DNA of 10,104 bases, taken from assembly GCA_965657355.1 (NCBI GenBank), contig CBFHOE010000008.1:144652-154755 (forward strand), read 5' to 3'. The notes under the pieces are model-generated. The model ran no database searches. It saw only the letters and a program-made list of their open reading frames with translations, and was not told the DNA's origin. Both the position numbers and the translations under genes were made by a program. The stretch is from Limisphaerales bacterium (GTDB lineage Bacteria; Verrucomicrobiota; Verrucomicrobiia; Limisphaerales; JAJOIW01). Shown here piece by piece: positions 6,715 through 10,104 of this stretch. How positions within the stretch are numbered: the first letter of the stretch is position 1; every line of letters starts with the position of its first letter.

Positions 6715-9700
6715 GTGGAGATAGTGCATAAAACCGGCCTGAGTAGCATTTCAAGTTTTTCCGGAGTTTATCAAGGAGGCTGGGGGTACCAAATCGCACG
6801 CTGGGTCATTGAGAATCCTCAAAAACAATTCATAGTCGTTTGCTCTGGCACTAAAGAGCAAGAGCGGACATTGGAGAACCTGATGACTGCTTTGTCTGTG
6901 CTCGACAAAAGCTCCACATTACCCCGTAGTGAAACTGCAGAATTTTTCCCAAGCTGGGAAGTCCTTCCTCACGAAAACAGACTTCCTCATCCCGATGTCA
7001 TCAGTGATCGCTTGTCTGTGCTCATGTCTGCAGTCAATGATAAAACCCGGCTCCCTGTTGTTGCCTCTCTTCATTCGGTATTGCAAAAAACGTTGAGTCC
7101 TCAATGGCTCAAATCACAGTTAAAAGAAATCAAGATAGGTGACGAAATTGACCCATTAGACCTTATCGAATGGTTAGAAAACAAGGGGTATCAGTCAGAA
7201 GTGCAAATTTCAAGCAAAGGCCAAGTGGCCATGCGAGGGGGGATTATCGATGTTTTTCCTGTCTCGATGTCGTGGCCTGTTCGAATAGAATTCTTTGGTG
7301 ACGAGGTTGAATCAATCAGAACTTTCGATCCTCTTAACCAACTCTCCAAAGAAAAATTAGACTTCGTTTCGATATCTCCCGGCGGTGAACTGGGTATTTT
7401 AAAGATGATGCAAGCCGAGGACACGTTTCACAAGAATAGTGGATATTTTTGCGATTACTATCCTGACGGCACAACTTGGGTCTTTTGCGAGCCCGAATCC
7501 ATTGAAAGCCATGCTGAAGAAATAGCATTACAGATACCTGACGAGGATCCGTTTTTTGATTCGCTTGAGAGCCTTATGGAAAGGTTATTAAGTCGTAAAC
7601 AATCCATTATTAATTTAGAGGAGGTGTCTCGATTTGATGCCACTGAAAATGATGTTCATCAAATCCACTCATTAGATCAATGGGCTGTCCATATAGGAAA
7701 AAATGAGAATGTTCAACTCATGGAGGTTCGTAGACACGATTTATTTAACCAGATGAATCGCTGGCTACGTATGAAATTTGATGTGAAAATTTTTTGTGGT
7801 AATGAAGGAGAGAAAAGAAGAATTCATGAATTATGGGATGAGCTGGTTCCCAAAAGCGGTGAGGATGATAAAAGACCAGACGTTTATGACTTTTCCTACA
7901 GTCCTGGATTTTTGGACCTTTCGTCAAAAACGGTTTGGATAACTGATGCTGAGATTTTTGGTCGTAAAAAAGTTCAACGCCCACGTAAGCTTCGCTCAAG
8001 ACATATCAGCGCTTCAAAATCAGCGCTTGAAATAGATTTCTCTGATCTTCAAGAGGGCGATCTTGTCGTTCATTTGCAATATGGTATTGGTCGTTTTTCG
8101 GGAATCGTCATGATGGATGATCGAAATGCAAACGCCCAAGAGTGTCTATGCTTGGAGTTTGCTTCCACAGGGAAAGGCCAACCTTTGGCAAAACTTTATG
8201 TTCCGGTTACTGAGGCACACCTTGTTAGTAAATATGTAGGGGCTGGCAAAATTAGGCCGCCTTTAAATTCTCTCGGGGGAAATAAATGGAAAAAAGCCCG
8301 TGAAAAAGCTGAGCAAGCGGTTGAAGATTTGGCTGCTGAGTTTTTGAAAATTCACGCTATTCGTGAATCGTCAAGTGGCTATGACTTCTCAGAAGATAAG
8401 CCATGGCAGAGAGAATTTGAAAGTGCTTTTCCCTACCAAGAAACAGATGATCAGCTCAGGGCCATAGAGGATACAAAACGCGACATGGAAAAGGCCAAGC
8501 CGATGGATCGACTCATTTGTGGTGATGTCGGTTATGGGAAAACGGAAGTAGCTATTCGGGCCGCTTTCAAAGCTGTGCTCGACGGAAAGCAGGTTGCTAT
8601 CCTTGTCCCTACAACAGTTTTATGTCAGCAGCATTATAATAACTTTGCCGATAGAATGGCTGCATATCCTATATCCATTGAGTCCCTATCTCGATTCCAA
8701 TCAAAGAAGAAGCAAAAAGAAATTATTCAAAATACAAAAATGGGCGGCGTCGATATTTTGATTGGGACGCATAGGCTTTTGCAAAATGATATTCAATTCA
8801 AGGACTTGGGGCTCGTTATCATCGATGAAGAACAGAGGTTTGGTGTGCTGCATAAAGAAAAATTAAAACATATGCGAGCCACTGTAGATATACTGACATT
8901 AAGTGCCACACCAATACCTCGGACCCTTTACCTTTCTCTAACAGGAGCCCGTGATATGAGTACTATCGAAACTCCACCACAGGACCGACTTCCTGTGCAG
9001 ACAATCGTGCACCCTTATGATGAGCGAATCATTCGAGATGCCATACAGCGAGAGCTAAATAGGCAGGGGCAGGTGTTTTTTCTGCACAATAGGGTGGGGA
9101 CAATTTATACCATTGAGGCGAAATTAAGAGAGTTGTTGCCCAAGGCTCGGATTATTGTAGGCCATGGCCAAATGAGCGGTGATGAGTTAGAGAGAGTGAT
9201 GACAAAATTTATTAATGGAGAGGCTGATGTATTATTATCCACGACAATAATTGAAAGTGGCATCGATATTCCCAATGCCAATACCATAATAATTGACAGG
9301 GCCGACAGGTTTGGATTGAGTCAATTATACCAACTCAGAGGTCGTGTAGGTCGGTATAAAAATCAAGCCTACGCTTACCTGTTATTACCAGGGCACATGC
9401 GTCTTCTAACTGATGTCCGCAAAAGAATGAGCGCTATAAAACAATATTCAAGCTTGGGTTCGGGTTTCAAAATTGCCATGCGTGATCTTGAAATCCGAGG
9501 TTCCGGTAATTTGCTCGGGGCAGAGCAAAGTGGTCACATTACTGCTGTGGGATTCGAGTTATATTGTCAGCTATTGAAACAAAGTGTCAGCCGCCTGAAA
9601 GGGGAAAAAGTTGAGAAGCGCGTTGAGGTCGTGATTCTGCTCGATTTCTTAGAGCTAAATCCACACAGTGCTAAAGAGTCTAATAATAATAAGCTTACCA

Positions 9701-10068
9701 CAGCATCTGGCGACAGAATGGAAAGTGCGTGCCTTCCGTATAAATATATTGAAGATGTCAGGCACCGAGTTGATGTCTACAGAAAACTTGCTCAAACTTC
9801 TAAAATGTCGGAACTCAAGCAATTAAGAGATGAACTGCAAGATCGATTTGGTAAGATGCCTCGACCTGTAGATCTACTTTTCTTGATTGCAGAAATAAAA
9901 ATCCTTTCGGCTTCTCGTTTGATTACTCGGATAGAATGTGAGAAGGCAAAAGTAAAAATAACCCGAAATAACGAACTAGTATCACTAGGGGGGAGATTTC
10001 CTCGGCTTACCAAAAAAACACCACAAGCTCGTCTAAAGGAAATTAAGTTTCTCATCCAATCCTTCTGA
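6715..10068 (+). CDS. mfd: Transcription-repair coupling factor Mfd
   Basis: 1117 aa. UvrB-homology module ([30 protein letters not shown]), RNAP-interacting domain (GDLVVH..YGIGRF), Walker [36 protein letters not shown] motif [18 protein letters not shown] and the C-terminal TRCF domain (DELQDRFG). The start is GTG 6715, directly after an in-frame TAG, or possibly GTG 6724. Confidence 0.98.
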   Translation: MEIVHKTGLSSISSFSGVYQGGWGYQIARWVIENPQKQFIVVCSGTKEQERTLENLMTALSVLDKSSTLPRSETAEFFPSWEVLPHENRLPHPDVISDRLSVLMSAVNDKTRLPVVASLHSVLQKTLSPQWLKSQLKEIKIGDEIDPLDLIEWLENKGYQSEVQISSKGQVAMRGGIIDVFPVSMSWPVRIEFFGDEVESIRTFDPLNQLSKEKLDFVSISPGGELGILKMMQAEDTFHKNSGYFCDYYPDGTTWVFCEPESIESHAEEIALQIPDEDPFFDSLESLMERLLSRKQSIINLEEVSRFDATENDVHQIHSLDQWAVHIGKNENVQLMEVRRHDLFNQMNRWLRMKFDVKIFCGNEGEKRRIHELWDELVPKSGEDDKRPDVYDFSYSPGFLDLSSKTVWITDAEIFGRKKVQRPRKLRSRHISASKSALEIDFSDLQEGDLVVHLQYGIGRFSGIVMMDDRNANAQECLCLEFASTGKGQPLAKLYVPVTEAHLVSKYVGAGKIRPPLNSLGGNKWKKAREKAEQAVEDLAAEFLKIHAIRESSSGYDFSEDKPWQREFESAFPYQETDDQLRAIEDTKRDMEKAKPMDRLICGDVGYGKTEVAIRAAFKAVLDGKQVAILVPTTVLCQQHYNNFADRMAAYPISIESLSRFQSKKKQKEIIQNTKMGGVDILIGTHRLLQNDIQFKDLGLVIIDEEQRFGVLHKEKLKHMRATVDILTLSATPIPRTLYLSLTGARDMSTIETPPQDRLPVQTIVHPYDERIIRDAIQRELNRQGQVFFLHNRVGTIYTIEAKLRELLPKARIIVGHGQMSGDELERVMTKFINGEADVLLSTTIIESGIDIPNANTIIIDRADRFGLSQLYQLRGRVGRYKNQAYAYLLLPGHMRLLTDVRKRMSAIKQYSSLGSGFKIAMRDLEIRGSGNLLGAEQSGHITAVGFELYCQLLKQSVSRLKGEKVEKRVEVVILLDFLELNPHSAKESNNNKLTTASGDRMESACLPYKYIEDVRHRVDVYRKLAQTSKMSELKQLRDELQDRFGKMPRPVDLLFLIAEIKILSASRLITRIECEKAKVKITRNNELVSLGGRFPRLTKKTPQARLKEIKFLIQSF

Positions 10069-10104
10069 TTGACTAGCCTGCGCCTTAGCTAATACCTCAG
10101 GTTC

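Noticed and set aside
511..10055. The remaining short ORFs (60-106 aa) nested in or antisense to the main genes
   Set aside because: All overlap well-supported CDSs almost entirely and show no motifs. They are consistent with shadow ORFs.
1..10104. CRISPR arrays, tRNA/rRNA, IS elements, prophage or defence genes, recoding
   Set aside because: Intergenic gaps are all under 120 nt with no repeat-spacer pattern or cloverleaf. No transposase, integrase or nuclease motifs were seen, and all main ORFs are uninterrupted in the standard code.

Overview
Gene-dense, AT-rich (roughly 40% GC by eye) bacterial chromosomal segment. The LTD-CotH protein and the style of Mfd suggest a PVC-superphylum organism such as Verrucomicrobiota, but this is inference. 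From left to right it contains: (i) a minus-strand operon of a membrane-anchored alpha/beta hydrolase, a DedA/TVP38 (VTT) membrane protein and a GT4 glycosyltransferase, the last running off the left edge and missing from the supplied ORF track; (ii) a divergent class-I flavoprotein disulfide reductase that fits neither MerA nor typical LpdA; (iii) a small SmpA/BamE-like lipoprotein; (iv) a secreted lamin-tail-domain/CotH-kinase protein on the minus strand; (v) mfd, the transcription-repair coupling factor. I found no RNA genes, CRISPR arrays, mobile elements or notable repeats. Nothing here is demonstrably a new system. The best candidate is the hydrolase-DedA-GT4 operon with its divergent disulfide reductase, a possible redox-linked envelope or glycolipid modification module.
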